From Fimbriimonadia bacterium (lineage in GTDB: Bacteria > Armatimonadota > Fimbriimonadia > Fimbriimonadales > JABRVX01): a stretch of DNA of 42,755 nucleotides. Under the pieces are notes generated by a model. The model worked only from the letters and a program-made list of their open reading frames with translations. It was not told the origin of the DNA and made no database searches. The position numbers and the translations under genes are program-made. The DNA is taken from contig JBGPGO010000025.1 of NCBI GenBank assembly GCA_041483895.1, positions 1 through 42,755 of the forward strand. The letters run 5' to 3'. How positions within the stretch are numbered: the stretch's first letter is position 1; every line of letters begins with the position of its first letter. Positions 20,267 through 29,719 of this stretch are shown here, piece by piece.

Positions 20267-23056
20267 TTAACTGCAGCCGTAACTAAGACCGCAGTTGGTG
20301 CATCGGTAACAGGCCGCGTTTCGGACCATGATCATTCCGCAGTCCGGACACGGCGGCGCGTCGGATTGAACCGCAAATGCGCGGTCTTCCTCAACCATCG
20401 CCGACCCCTTGTGAGCGGCCGAAACGACCTCTTCCAAGGATTTGGTCGGCGGTGGTTCGGTTTTTAGGAACCTCATTCCGATCCAGCGGAACAGATAATC
20501 CATGATGGACTTGGCAAACGGAATGTCCGGATTGCCTGTGTAGCCGCTGGGCTCGAATCGGGTATGGCTGAATTTCTCCACCAAGGTTTTGAGCGGCACG
20601 CCATACTGGAGGGCAAGCGATATGCTTGTCGCGAAGCAGTCCATAAGGCCGGAGATGACCGACCCTTCCTTGGACATCGCAATGAAAATCTCGCCGGGAG
20701 TGCCGTCGTCGTACAGGCCGACCGTGATGTATCCCTCGTGGCCGCCGACGCTGAATTTGTGCGTCACGCTTCTCCGTTCGTCGGGCAAGCGGTGGCGGTG
20801 CGGCTTGGCGGCTTCGACGGTCTGTTCTCCGGGCCTGCTGGTCGAAAGCGGCTGGGTCCGCTTGCAACCGTCCCGATAGATCGCCAATGCCTTGAGGCCA
20901 AGCTTCCAACCCTGCAGGTACAGCTCTTCAATCTGCTCGACCGTCGCGTCGTTCGGAACGTTGACCGTCTTTGAGATTGCGCCCGACAAGAACGGCTGAA
21001 CCGCCGCCATCATCTGGATGTGTCCCATCGGTTCAATCGACCGCATGCCGTTGGCCGGACGGAAGGCGCAGTCGAATACCGGCAGGTCCTCGTCGCGCAA
21101 CCCTGTGGCGCCCTCGATCGTGTCCTCGGTGTCAATGTGCTCCAAAATGCTCTTGGTCGTTCGGTCGTCATAACCGAGCCGCTTCAGCGCTTCCGGCACG
21201 GTGTTGTTGACGATCTTCATCACGCCGCCGCCGACAAGGCTCTTGTATTTGACCAGCGCGATGTCGGGCTCGACTCCCGTCGTGTCACAGTCCATCATGA
21301 AACCGATGGTGCCGGTCGGGGCGAGCACGGTGGCCTGGGCGTTGCGTAGTCCGTGCCGGCTGGAGCGCTCGACGACTCCCTCCCAGATATCGCGGGCCGC
21401 ATCCACCATATACTCTGGGCAGGACTTTTCGATTCGGTCCACAGCCGTTCGGTGCTGACCCATCACGCGAATGCACGGCTCCTCGTTTTTCTTAAATCCG
21501 GGGAATGGGCCGCCGCAGCGCTCGGCGATGACGGAAGACTGGCGGTACGCCTCGCCGGTCATGATGGCGGTGATGGCGGCGGCATAGGACCGGCCACGAG
21601 CGTCATCGTATGGCAGGCCGCGCGCCATGAGCAACGCGCCGAGGTTGGCATAGCCGAGGCCGAGCGGGCGATAGTCGAAGCTGTTCTGTGCGATCTTTTC
21701 TGTCGGGTAGCTGGCGTTGCTGACGATGATCTCCTGCGCCGTCGTCATCGTGCGGACGGCGGACCGGAAGGCCTCGACATCAAATTCGCCCGCCTCATCT
21801 CGAAACTTCATGAGGTTGAGCGACGAGAGGTTGCAGGCGCTGTCGTCCAGGAAGACGTACTCGCTGCACGGGTTGCTCGCGCGGATCTGCGCGGTGTTCG
21901 GGCAGGTGTGCCAGTGGTTCGTGGTGTCGTGATACTGCACGCCGGGATCGCCGCAGATCCAGGCCGACTCCGCCATCTTCTTAAAGAGGTCGCGGGCGCC
22001 CAATTTATCCATCGGCTGGCCTGTCGTGACCGCCTTGGTGTACCAGACCTCATCCCGCTCGACCGCCTCGAAAAAGGCGTCGGTGGCCCGGACGCTGTGG
22101 TTGGCGTTTTGGAACATCACGCTGTCGTACGCCCCGCCCGGCACGTTGAAACCCGGATCATAGCCCGCGTCGATCAGCGCCCAGGCCTTCTTCTCTTCCT
22201 TGGCCTTGGACTCCACGAACTCTGCAATATCCGGATGGTCGGCGTTCAGAATAACCATCTTGGCCGCGCGCCGGGTTTTGCCGCCGCTCTTGATAACCCC
22301 GGCGAAGCTGTCGAACCCTCTCATAAAACTGACCGGACCGCTGGCGGACCCGCCGCCGCTCAGATTTTCCCGGCTGGAGCGAAGCGAAGACAGGTTGCTT
22401 CCGGAACCGGATCCGAACTTGAAAATCATCCCTTCCGTCTTGGCAAGCTCCAAAATGGACTGCATGCGGTCTTCGCAGGAGACGATGAAGCATGCGGAGG
22501 CCTGCGGGCGCGCCTCGATGCCCACGTTGAACCATACCGGGCTGTTGAAGCTGGCATATTGGTTGACGAGGAGGAACTTCAATTCATCGGAGAAGGCTTG
22601 CAGATCGTCTTCGGTCGCGAAGTAGTTGCCGTCCTTGCCCCACTGGGTCATCGTATCCACGACGCGGCCAATGAGCTGCTTTACCGACCGCTCACGCCCG
22701 GGGGCGCCCAACTGGCCGCGGAAATACTTGGAAGACACAACGTTCGTGGCAAGCTGCGACCAGAAGACCGGGACTTCAATATCCGTCTGCTCAAAAACGC
22801 TTTCGCCCTTTTCGTTAGTGATGCGGGCGGAGCGAAAATCCCATTCAATGGCGTCGAACGGGTCCACGCCCTTTTTGGTGAAGAAACGCGGGAAGTCGAG
22901 GCCCGGTCCCTTTTCGAAGTAGGGAATCTTGGCCTTTTCGATAGCCTCCGGCTTGATCAGCGCGGCATCGGCGACTGTATCCTTCTTCATCTCAACAACC
23001 GCATGGGTGGTAACTACACCCTGTTCTATAGTATCAAAAGTGCTATCGGATTCCAA
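20267..23056 (-). CDS. nrdJ: Vitamin B12-dependent (class II) ribonucleotide reductase with C-terminal TSCPD and Zn-ribbon domains
   Basis: FNSPVWFN, QASACF, ASNPCSE, SACNL, APTGTI and SGAISKTVN motifs. C-terminal CPDC...CTNC...GCS. TTG start with AGAGGA RBS. Confidence 0.95.
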   Translation of the reverse strand: MESDSTFDTIEQGVVTTHAVVEMKKDTVADAALIKPEAIEKAKIPYFEKGPGLDFPRFFTKKGVDPFDAIEWDFRSARITNEKGESVFEQTDIEVPVFWSQLATNVVSSKYFRGQLGAPGRERSVKQLIGRVVDTMTQWGKDGNYFATEDDLQAFSDELKFLLVNQYASFNSPVWFNVGIEARPQASACFIVSCEDRMQSILELAKTEGMIFKFGSGSGSNLSSLRSSRENLSGGGSASGPVSFMRGFDSFAGVIKSGGKTRRAAKMVILNADHPDIAEFVESKAKEEKKAWALIDAGYDPGFNVPGGAYDSVMFQNANHSVRATDAFFEAVERDEVWYTKAVTTGQPMDKLGARDLFKKMAESAWICGDPGVQYHDTTNHWHTCPNTAQIRASNPCSEYVFLDDSACNLSSLNLMKFRDEAGEFDVEAFRSAVRTMTTAQEIIVSNASYPTEKIAQNSFDYRPLGLGYANLGALLMARGLPYDDARGRSYAAAITAIMTGEAYRQSSVIAERCGGPFPGFKKNEEPCIRVMGQHRTAVDRIEKSCPEYMVDAARDIWEGVVERSSRHGLRNAQATVLAPTGTIGFMMDCDTTGVEPDIALVKYKSLVGGGVMKIVNNTVPEALKRLGYDDRTTKSILEHIDTEDTIEGATGLRDEDLPVFDCAFRPANGMRSIEPMGHIQMMAAVQPFLSGAISKTVNVPNDATVEQIEELYLQGWKLGLKALAIYRDGCKRTQPLSTSRPGEQTVEAAKPHRHRLPDERRSVTHKFSVGGHEGYITVGLYDDGTPGEIFIAMSKEGSVISGLMDCFATSISLALQYGVPLKTLVEKFSHTRFEPSGYTGNPDIPFAKSIMDYLFRWIGMRFLKTEPPPTKSLEEVVSAAHKGSAMVEEDRAFAVQSDAPPCPDCGMIMVRNAACYRCTNCGLSYGCS

Positions 23057-23074
23057 CGTCCATGTCCTCTCACT

Positions 23075-23545
23075 CTATCCATCCCTTGGTTTCCTGCCCT
23101 TCCGCATTCCTTCGACCAGCTCCCTGAACTGAGCGGCGTCCTCGAACTGCAAATACACCGACGCAAATCGTACATAAGCAACCGGGTCCATGAGCAGCAA
23201 CCGCTCCATCACAAGCCGCCCAATCTCCGTCGCGTTCACTTCCGGTTCCCCGGAGTTGAACAGCTGCCGCTCGATTTCGTCCGCGGCCCGCTCGAGGCTG
23301 GTGGTCGCCACCGGCCTTTTCCTACATGCGTGCTCCAAGCCTCGGTACAGCTTGTCCCTGCGATAGGGTTCGCGACTGCCGTCCTTCTTGATCACCATTA
23401 GGCGCTTCTCTTCGATTTCCTCGAAGGTGGTGTAGCGCCGTTGGCATGCGGTGCACTCTCTTCTCCTACGAATTGCCGCCCCTTCCCTTACGGGCCGGGA
23501 GTCAAGCACATGGTCGTCGTTGTGACCGCAATAAGGACATTTCAA
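23075..23545 (-). CDS. nrdR: Transcriptional repressor NrdR
   Basis: MKCPYC...VLDSR...IRRRREC..C..RYTTFE, an ATP-cone and VAYVRFASVY. Confidence 0.97.
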   Translation of the reverse strand: MKCPYCGHNDDHVLDSRPVREGAAIRRRRECTACQRRYTTFEEIEEKRLMVIKKDGSREPYRRDKLYRGLEHACRKRPVATTSLERAADEIERQLFNSGEPEVNATEIGRLVMERLLLMDPVAYVRFASVYLQFEDAAQFRELVEGMRKGRKPRDG

Positions 23546-23575
23546 TCAATCACCCTAAGCTTTGGGACATCCTTG

Positions 23576-23591
23576 TCGCCATATCTTGGTG
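23576..23591 (-). promoter_or_regulatory. Putative NrdR box
   Basis: Minus strand CACCAAGATATGGCGA resembles the consensus acaCwAtATaTwGtgt, ~30 nt upstream of nrdR. Confidence 0.6.
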
Positions 23592-23606
23592 CTCGGACAG
23601 CATATC

Positions 23607-23622
23607 ATACTACGGATAGTCT
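23607..23622 (-). promoter_or_regulatory. Putative second NrdR box
   Basis: ATACTACGGATAGTCT keeps the CtA...TaG palindromic core and lies 31 bp from the first box, the spacing typical of tandem NrdR boxes. Confidence 0.5.
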
Positions 23623-23724
23623 GTCAAGACCTATGGAGGTATTTTTTGCAGAAAGTTAGCTTTAGGTAAGAGAATGATTTACCGACGGATGGCGTTTGGG
23701 CCTAACTCCGGCCACAACCAGTGC

Positions 23725-23853
23725 TGTAGTCGTGGGTCGGATTGCGAATCACCTCGGCATGCTCGCGCTTGTAGTCGTGGGTCGGATTGCGAATCACCTC
23801 GGCATGCTCGCGCTTGTAGTCGTGGGTCGGATTGCGAATCACCTCGGCATGCT
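23725..23853. repeat. Tandem repeat, 45-bp unit, ~2.9 copies
   Basis: TGTAGTCGTGGGTCGGATTGCGAATCACCTCGGCATGCTCGCGCT at 23725 and 23770, plus a 39-bp third copy at 23815. The copies are identical. Confidence 0.95.
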
Positions 23854-23878
23854 AATCACCAAGACCCACGTTGCAACG

Positions 23879-24322
23879 CTACGCTGCCTTCGGGTAGATC
23901 CCCGCATACGGCCGCTTGTCAAACATCGCTTGCAGACCCGCAACGAGCACCGGCCAACCCGCTGAGACATCCCGATAGGTTCCGTTGTAATCAGGAAAGC
24001 CGGAGTGGCGGATCAGGAGACGGCAGGAGCTCCCCGCCGGCTCCAAGCAAAAGGCGACCTCGCTCACCGGATCACGCGGCTCATGGGTAAATTGAAATGT
24101 GTGGGAAAACAGGCGGTATGGCGCCCAAGCGACAACCCGCCCGGTGATTACCGGTGACAGTCCGGCCGAATATTCAATCTTGCCGCCGATGCGCCCCTCC
24201 ATCACCGTGATTTTGCAGAGATGCCATTCGGCGATCTTCCTCGGATCCGTAAGCGCGGCCCAGACGGCCTCGACGGACGCCTTTAATAGAAATGTTTCTT
24301 CGTAATGCGGGTCACTTATCAT
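23879..24322 (-). CDS. SRPBCC/AHSA1 (START-like) domain protein
   Basis: ASVEAVWAALTDPRKIAEW, RIGG, LLIRHSGF and GW motifs. Confidence 0.85.
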   Translation of the reverse strand: MISDPHYEETFLLKASVEAVWAALTDPRKIAEWHLCKITVMEGRIGGKIEYSAGLSPVITGRVVAWAPYRLFSHTFQFTHEPRDPVSEVAFCLEPAGSSCRLLIRHSGFPDYNGTYRDVSAGWPVLVAGLQAMFDKRPYAGIYPKAA

Positions 24323-24394
24323 GCTGGTTTCGCTCTTCGTCTCTCTTGGATTGTCGGTATGGGACCGGCTCCCTCTTACGGTAGACTCCGTACG

Positions 24395-25300
24395 ATGAGA
24401 CAGCCCAATCGGCCCAAGGCCGGTCCCTTCCGCGTCGCCGTAGCGCAAATCCATCCCAAGAAGGCCGATTATCCCGCCAACCTGGCGCAAATCGGCGAAG
24501 TGATCGCGCAGGCGGCCAAACTGGATCCTCCCGCGGATATCGTGGTCTTCCCGGAAACGGTGGCGACGGGCTACTTTTTGGAGGGCGGCGTCTACGAACA
24601 GGCCGTACCCGCGGAGCAGTTCTTCAAGGACTTACAGGAGCAAACCGTGCAGCGGGGCCTGACCCGGGCGGTGGATGTGGTCGCCGGATTTTATGAGCTG
24701 GCGGACGGCATCGCCTACAACGCGGCCCTCTACGCCCAGCTCGATCCGGATGGCGGCCGGATCGTCCATCGGCATCGGAAGTTCTTTTTGCCCACGTATG
24801 GGGTGTTCGACGAGGGGCGTTTCGTTCGCCGGGGAAGCCGATTCGAGGCGTTTCAGACCCGATTTCTCCCCTCCGCCGTTCTCATTTGCGAAGACATTTG
24901 GCACAGCATCAGCGCCACCCTTGTTGCTTTGCATGGCGCTCAGGCGATCTTTTGCATCGCGGCCTCCCCTGGTCGGGGTTTTGCCGGGGACCAGATCGGC
25001 AACCAGGCGCGATATCGCCAACTGCTCGTTTCGGTGGCGGAAGAACATTCGGTTTTCATATTCCAGTCCAGCCTGGTGGGGTTCGAGGGCGGCAAGGGTC
25101 TGATCGGCGGAAGCATGATCGTCAGTCCGTTTGGGGAAGTGATCGCGGAAGCGCCCACCGCCCAGGATGCGATTTTGGTGTGCGACTGCCATCCGGACGA
25201 CGTGGAGGTGGCCCGCGCCAACTCCCCACTGCTGGCGGACCTTCGCGGCGCGCTGGGAGACGTGGTGGAAGAGATGGACCGGCTCAAGGAGGAAGAGTGA
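24395..25300 (+). CDS. Nitrilase/carbon-nitrogen hydrolase, probable stand-alone glutaminase subunit of NAD synthetase
   Basis: E-K-C triad (VFPE, HRKFFLPTYGVFDEGRF, LICEDIWH). GTGA overlap with nadE. Confidence 0.88.
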   Translation: MRQPNRPKAGPFRVAVAQIHPKKADYPANLAQIGEVIAQAAKLDPPADIVVFPETVATGYFLEGGVYEQAVPAEQFFKDLQEQTVQRGLTRAVDVVAGFYELADGIAYNAALYAQLDPDGGRIVHRHRKFFLPTYGVFDEGRFVRRGSRFEAFQTRFLPSAVLICEDIWHSISATLVALHGAQAIFCIAASPGRGFAGDQIGNQARYRQLLVSVAEEHSVFIFQSSLVGFEGGKGLIGGSMIVSPFGEVIAEAPTAQDAILVCDCHPDDVEVARANSPLLADLRGALGDVVEEMDRLKEEE

Positions 25301-26157
25301 GCGTCCCGGTCTACTTCGCCGAGCGCCCCTCGCCGGAAGCGCCGCTGGCGATCAATCCGGAGCTGGTCGCGGACTGGCTGGTGGCATTTCTCAAGTCGGA
25401 GGTGATCGGGCGCCGGGGGTTCCAGAACGCGGTGGTCGGGGTCTCGGGCGGGGTGGATTCGGCTGTTACCGCCTATCTGTGCGCCCGCGCATTTGGGCCG
25501 GAGCACACGTACGCGTTCAAGATGCCGTACAAGAAAGTCAGCAGCCCGGAGAGCGTCGCGCATGCGGATATGGTGATTCGGGAGTTGGGCTGCCACGGGC
25601 GCGAGGTGGATATCACGGCGGCGGTGGATGGATATGTTATGAGCAACGAGCCGGAAATCTCGCCGTCGCGGCTGGGCAATGTGTGCGCCCGGACAAGAAT
25701 GATCGTGTTATTTGATCAAGCGATGAAGATCGGCGGGCTGCCCATCGGGACCGGGAATAAATCGGAGCGATTGATGGGATATTTCACGTGGCACGCGGAC
25801 GATTCGCCGCCGATCAATCCGATTGGCGATCTGTTCAAGACGCAGGTGTGGGCGCTCGCTCGGTACTTGGGTGTGCCGCCGGTCATCGTGGATAAACCGG
25901 CCAGCGCGGACCTAATCAAGGGCCAGACGGATGAAGACGATTTCGGCATCAGCTACCACAGGCTGGACATGATCCTGCATCATCTGATCTTGGGCTATCG
26001 ATCAGAACGCCTCTCCCAAATGGGCTTCACACCCGACGAGGTCGCGCGCGTCCGCTCCCGCCTAGACGCGACCCACTGGAAACGCCACCTCGCCACGTCC
26101 TGCGTCCTCTCCGACAGCGCGATTGGGGAGTATTACTTGAGACCGGTGGATTATTGA
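25297..26157 (+). CDS. nadE: NAD+ synthetase (synthetase domain only)
   Basis: GVSGGVDS, GNVCARTRM, GTGNKSE, PIGDLFKTQV and KPASADLIKGQTDEDDFG motifs. Confidence 0.95.
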   Translation: MSVPVYFAERPSPEAPLAINPELVADWLVAFLKSEVIGRRGFQNAVVGVSGGVDSAVTAYLCARAFGPEHTYAFKMPYKKVSSPESVAHADMVIRELGCHGREVDITAAVDGYVMSNEPEISPSRLGNVCARTRMIVLFDQAMKIGGLPIGTGNKSERLMGYFTWHADDSPPINPIGDLFKTQVWALARYLGVPPVIVDKPASADLIKGQTDEDDFGISYHRLDMILHHLILGYRSERLSQMGFTPDEVARVRSRLDATHWKRHLATSCVLSDSAIGEYYLRPVDY

Positions 26158-26222
26158 TTGGCGGTGCTTATCTGAATTCCTCAGCGAGAGTATCCGCGGA
26201 GATACTAGGATCTCGCGTCAAG

Positions 26223-26795
26223 TCAATCTGGATTTCGGTCAGCAGACTGACTTTGGATCACTGCTTCCGTCCTCAGTTCGCGCATTTTCAATTCTCGCCT
26301 ACCTGCAGCTATTACCGATTGGATTGTGCCATTTGTAGCGCCGAGGATCGTCAACATCGTATCGGGGAATAGTGCGTCCCCCGCATCATTTGCATCAAGC
26401 TTAGCCCATATATCCTTTGTGTCCTTGTCAATGCAACAATGCAGCTGCCGTAAATGTGTGATTGCTGGTTGCTCGATAATTAAGCTGGCTATAGCAATAG
26501 CACTGTCAAGTGAACCCTCCGCCGCGACAAGCTCATCCACCAAGTTTGAGACTTCCTTTGGAGATAGGTCCGGCCCCCCTGTGTAGTGGGATACCAACTT
26601 GGGGATTATCCGGACAAAGGTAGCGAGAGCGTCCAATATATTCTTGTACGTTTGGTATTTTAATTCCCAAAGCTTTTGATATCTGAACTGGCGTACGGAT
26701 AGCCAGACGGTGATACTGGCGGTAACAACTGCGATGACCGCCCCGGGAATAAGTGCTTTGAGAATGGCAACGTAGATGTCATCGGCAGGTGTCAA
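26223..26795 (-). CDS. Hypothetical protein with N-terminal TM helix (cassette gene 5)
   Basis: Open frame of ~190 aa, AT-richer than core genes. TTG 7 nt after a GGAGGG located in repeat copy E. Confidence 0.7.
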   Translation of the reverse strand: MTPADDIYVAILKALIPGAVIAVVTASITVWLSVRQFRYQKLWELKYQTYKNILDALATFVRIIPKLVSHYTGGPDLSPKEVSNLVDELVAAEGSLDSAIAIASLIIEQPAITHLRQLHCCIDKDTKDIWAKLDANDAGDALFPDTMLTILGATNGTIQSVIAAGRRELKMRELRTEAVIQSQSADRNPD

Positions 26796-26797
26796 AA

Positions 26798-26952
26798 CTA
26801 ATCCCTCCACGGACCTTACGCGGAGGGTACCCGGTTATATGGCTTCTTGGCATTTTGGTGGTGTATAGGATTGCGATCTCCTGCCCGATTGCCAACTTCG
26901 GTGGGAACCGGCATCCCGGACAACCTTCCGAAAGGCGTTTAAGTCGGGATGC
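26798..26952. repeat. ~155-bp array repeat, copy E (most diverged)
   Basis: ATCCCTCCAC...GGAGGGTACCCGGTT...TCGGTGGGAACCG...AACCTTCC...GGGATGC, colinear with copies A and B. Confidence 0.75.
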
Positions 26953-27009
26953 ACAATTCGAGATTCTAACTATCACCGCTCCACGGCCCCACATGTGGGG
27001 GTCGGCCGG

Positions 27010-27873
27010 CTAGGAATTTTGCCCGGTAAGTTTTTTAGCAGCCAGTGGCAGAAGCTCCTTTGCCGGAGAGCGATCGAGGGCAGCAGTCAGGAGTGGCCCG
27101 ATGTTCTTGACATAATCATCAATCGGTTCCTCCGCGCTCTTGCGATTTCGGGCGCACAGCAGGGCAAGTACCAATAGTTGCGGTCGCTTGGCACCCGGCA
27201 ATGCGGAATAGCCTTGAGCAATCGCGAGATTCACAGCATTAACAGTATGCACCGGGTCAAGATCGAGGTACCCCGACCCATTCATATGATCGATCATTAT
27301 GATGATCTCCTCGCTAGCAGTTGGGACGGGCAGGTCATCGTCATCGCGGGCCGCCTCAAGCACGCCTGCGAGACACCTTATAGGCCCCATGAACGATTTG
27401 CGAATGGTTTCTGTTGGCACCTTCATCCTAGTAACTGGATCGATGCCAAGTACAGATGCCAACTCGTAGTCACCCGCAAGCTCATCAGTCAGTATCCACC
27501 ACGGATCCTCCGTGTAAGCGTGCCGCCTGGCGCCTATCAGGCAGATTTCACCCCAGAAAATGCCGATCCACACTAGCGGCAGGCCTAAGCTCCAAATTCC
27601 GCGGCGACCGACAGATTCAAAGACGACAGTCTTGAGAGACACGTGGGCCACCAACGCGGACGCAAGCGGCGCTATCCAGAGTACGTGAAGTCTGAGGGTT
27701 GGGACAAGCAGGGTGATGAAAAGTATGAGAATCCAAACACCTACGACGGACCTCATTGGAATCATGAGTTCACCCGCACGCTGATAAATCCGGCGAAACT
27801 CAGCGCTAAAACCGAGCGACAACAGTGCAAGAAATCCCCAAACTATCCAACCGAGCACTTCAGTTACCGGCAT
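27010..27873 (-). CDS. Hypothetical membrane protein, ~4 N-terminal TM helices (cassette gene 4)
   Basis: 287-aa ORF whose ATG abuts repeat copy D, which provides GGAGG. Confidence 0.75.
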   Translation of the reverse strand: MPVTEVLGWIVWGFLALLSLGFSAEFRRIYQRAGELMIPMRSVVGVWILILFITLLVPTLRLHVLWIAPLASALVAHVSLKTVVFESVGRRGIWSLGLPLVWIGIFWGEICLIGARRHAYTEDPWWILTDELAGDYELASVLGIDPVTRMKVPTETIRKSFMGPIRCLAGVLEAARDDDDLPVPTASEEIIIMIDHMNGSGYLDLDPVHTVNAVNLAIAQGYSALPGAKRPQLLVLALLCARNRKSAEEPIDDYVKNIGPLLTAALDRSPAKELLPLAAKKLTGQNS

Positions 27874-28020
27874 GCAACCCCTCCAAGAACAATGCGAGGA
27901 GGGTACCCGCTTGGGGGATAGCTTGGTACGTGGAGTTCAGATCGTGTTGCAGACGCCTGCCCATCCGCCACCATCGGCAGGATCCGAAAACCCCAACATC
28001 CCTCCACGAAAGGCATGGGG
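27874..28020. repeat. Array repeat, copy D (diverged, right palindrome truncated by the adjacent stop codon)
   Basis: CCCTCC...GGAGGGTACCC...GGAGTTCAGATCG...CGCCACCATCGGCAGGATCCGAAAACCCCAA. Confidence 0.85.
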
Positions 28021-28467
28021 CTACTCCTTTTTGAGTCCGGCCTCCATCTTTTCCAGCCGCTCTAGGATCGCGTTGATGGCATCGTCCTGCTCCTTCAGAT
28101 GGTCCTGAATCTGCCGAGCCTCATGGAACGTGGCCTCCGCATCCTTGTACGTCAGTTCTGCGCGTTTGTCCCCGGCCTTTCCCAGGATGTTCTGTCCAAC
28201 CATGATTACGGAGAGCATAACCAATTGAATGAACGTCTGACTGACCCACTGGATGAACGTAAGAAGGCCGCCGTGCACCGCATCGGGAAGCACCGTCAAG
28301 GCCAGAAGAGCGAAAACATACGCGCACCACATGGTTCCGACGGCCGACGTCAAGACCAGGGCAATCTTTCCGTTCAATCCCAAGCTTGCATCGCGGACCT
28401 TTGGCGGCCCGGACTTCTTGCGCTCCTCGATATGAGGATGACTGTGATGTTCAAAGCTAAGTCTCAT
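28021..28467 (-). CDS. Small membrane protein, DUF1003-like (cassette gene 3)
   Basis: TSAVGTMW...two TM...SVIMVGQN followed by a coiled-coil tail, resembling the DUF1003 pattern. Confidence 0.75.
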   Translation of the reverse strand: MRLSFEHHSHPHIEERKKSGPPKVRDASLGLNGKIALVLTSAVGTMWCAYVFALLALTVLPDAVHGGLLTFIQWVSQTFIQLVMLSVIMVGQNILGKAGDKRAELTYKDAEATFHEARQIQDHLKEQDDAINAILERLEKMEAGLKKE

Positions 28468-28477
28468 GATGGGTATT

Positions 28478-28623
28478 TGACATCCTTCCGCGAACAGTTT
28501 GTGGAGGGTACCTGGTTTGGCGTTTGGAGTTCAGATTGGGCTGCAAATGCCCGGCCCGTTCGCCACCATCGGTGGGATCCGAAAACCCCAATAACCCTGC
28601 ACAAATTGTTTGTGGACGGATGC
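28478..28623. repeat. Array repeat, copy C (~10-bp internal deletion)
   Basis: TGACATCCTTCC...TTTGTGGAGGGTACC...CCATCGGTGGGATCCGAAAACCCCAATAACC...CACAAATTGTTTGTGG..GGATGC. Confidence 0.92.
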
Positions 28624-28628
28624 AAACA

Positions 28629-29699
28629 TTACGTCTCGGTGACATTGATCTCCACCGGGATCGAATGGTCAATCACGTATGAGCCGTAGTTCCAATCGCG
28701 CTCGGTAGCCTGGACCCGTCCATGCGAATCGCGCGCACGCGACAAGATCGTTCTGACTCCACACGGCCCTTTCACCAGCCACTCGAAAGACCAGAGACGC
28801 CACGATCCGGCGACACTTGGACTGGACATTTCTGCCTTTCCCCAGTTGAGCCCATCGTCGACGCTCACCTCTACCGCTGTGACTTCGCCAGTGCCGGTCC
28901 ATGCGGCTCCGCAGATCTCGATGCGCTCGCCGGCTTGCACGTAAGTTCCCCGTGTCGGGCGAGCGATGAGCGACTTGACCGGCATCGCGCCGATCGGTCT
29001 GAGCTCGGGCAAGCCATCGTTGACCTGCCAATACGAATAGTCGCTGGTCTGATAGTAGCCCCCGAACGCATGATCGAGTGCGACGATCCGAATCACCCAC
29101 TTTACGCTAGCGGCGCCATACCATCCTGGAACAATCAGGCGGACTGGAAAGCCATGAGCAGGGCTCAAGGGCTCGCCGTTCATCTCGTACACCAGGATCG
29201 GCCAGCCCGAGAGGGCTAAGTCTCTGGGAATGCTTCTCGCGTAAGCGACATCCCCACAGGGCGCAGCCGGATTCTTGACCTTCCCTCTGTCGGCCCCTTC
29301 AAAAACCACATCCACCGCCCGGTCGGTGACTCCAGCCAACTCCAGGAGTGTGCGCACTGAAACGCCGGACCAGATCGCGTTCCCAACAGCCCCACAGTCC
29401 CATTGCAATCCGGGCACAGGAGTTTCCAGAGCAGCCCGGCCGTTGCCAGCGCACTCAAGAACCGACTCAACTGAAACCTTCGGCATGGACATGAGATCGT
29501 CCAAGCTGAATTGGATTGGTTGATCGACGCAACCGTCTACCTTTAGTCGCCAAGAGGCGGCTTTGATCATCGGGGTGTCGTAGTGGCTGCGAACAAAGAA
29601 CAGTTCGTTCGGGGTGATCGGACCATCGAGCGCGTGCAGCGGAAACTCTAACGCCTCTGGCGCCACGCTGCGACGGATCAGTTCAATCTTGTCGTTCAA
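28629..29699 (-). CDS. Sulfite oxidase-family molybdopterin enzyme (cassette gene 2)
   Basis: TPNELFFVRSH, Mo-ligand LECAGNGR, GNAIWSGV, HGFPVRLIVPGWYGAASVKW and a C-terminal dimerisation domain. No Tat signal visible. Confidence 0.92.
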   Translation of the reverse strand: MNDKIELIRRSVAPEALEFPLHALDGPITPNELFFVRSHYDTPMIKAASWRLKVDGCVDQPIQFSLDDLMSMPKVSVESVLECAGNGRAALETPVPGLQWDCGAVGNAIWSGVSVRTLLELAGVTDRAVDVVFEGADRGKVKNPAAPCGDVAYARSIPRDLALSGWPILVYEMNGEPLSPAHGFPVRLIVPGWYGAASVKWVIRIVALDHAFGGYYQTSDYSYWQVNDGLPELRPIGAMPVKSLIARPTRGTYVQAGERIEICGAAWTGTGEVTAVEVSVDDGLNWGKAEMSSPSVAGSWRLWSFEWLVKGPCGVRTILSRARDSHGRVQATERDWNYGSYVIDHSIPVEINVTET

Positions 29700-29719
29700 G
29701 GTCCACGGAGTCTACCATC

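Noticed and set aside
21353..23401. 682-aa plus-strand ORF
   Set aside because: Antisense shadow of nrdJ/nrdR.
23725..23853. Possible CRISPR array, or repeat-protein ORFs 23674-24090 and 23696-23965
   Set aside because: Units are head-to-tail identical with no unique spacers and no cas genes. The ORFs are just translations of the repeat and overlap the SRPBCC gene.
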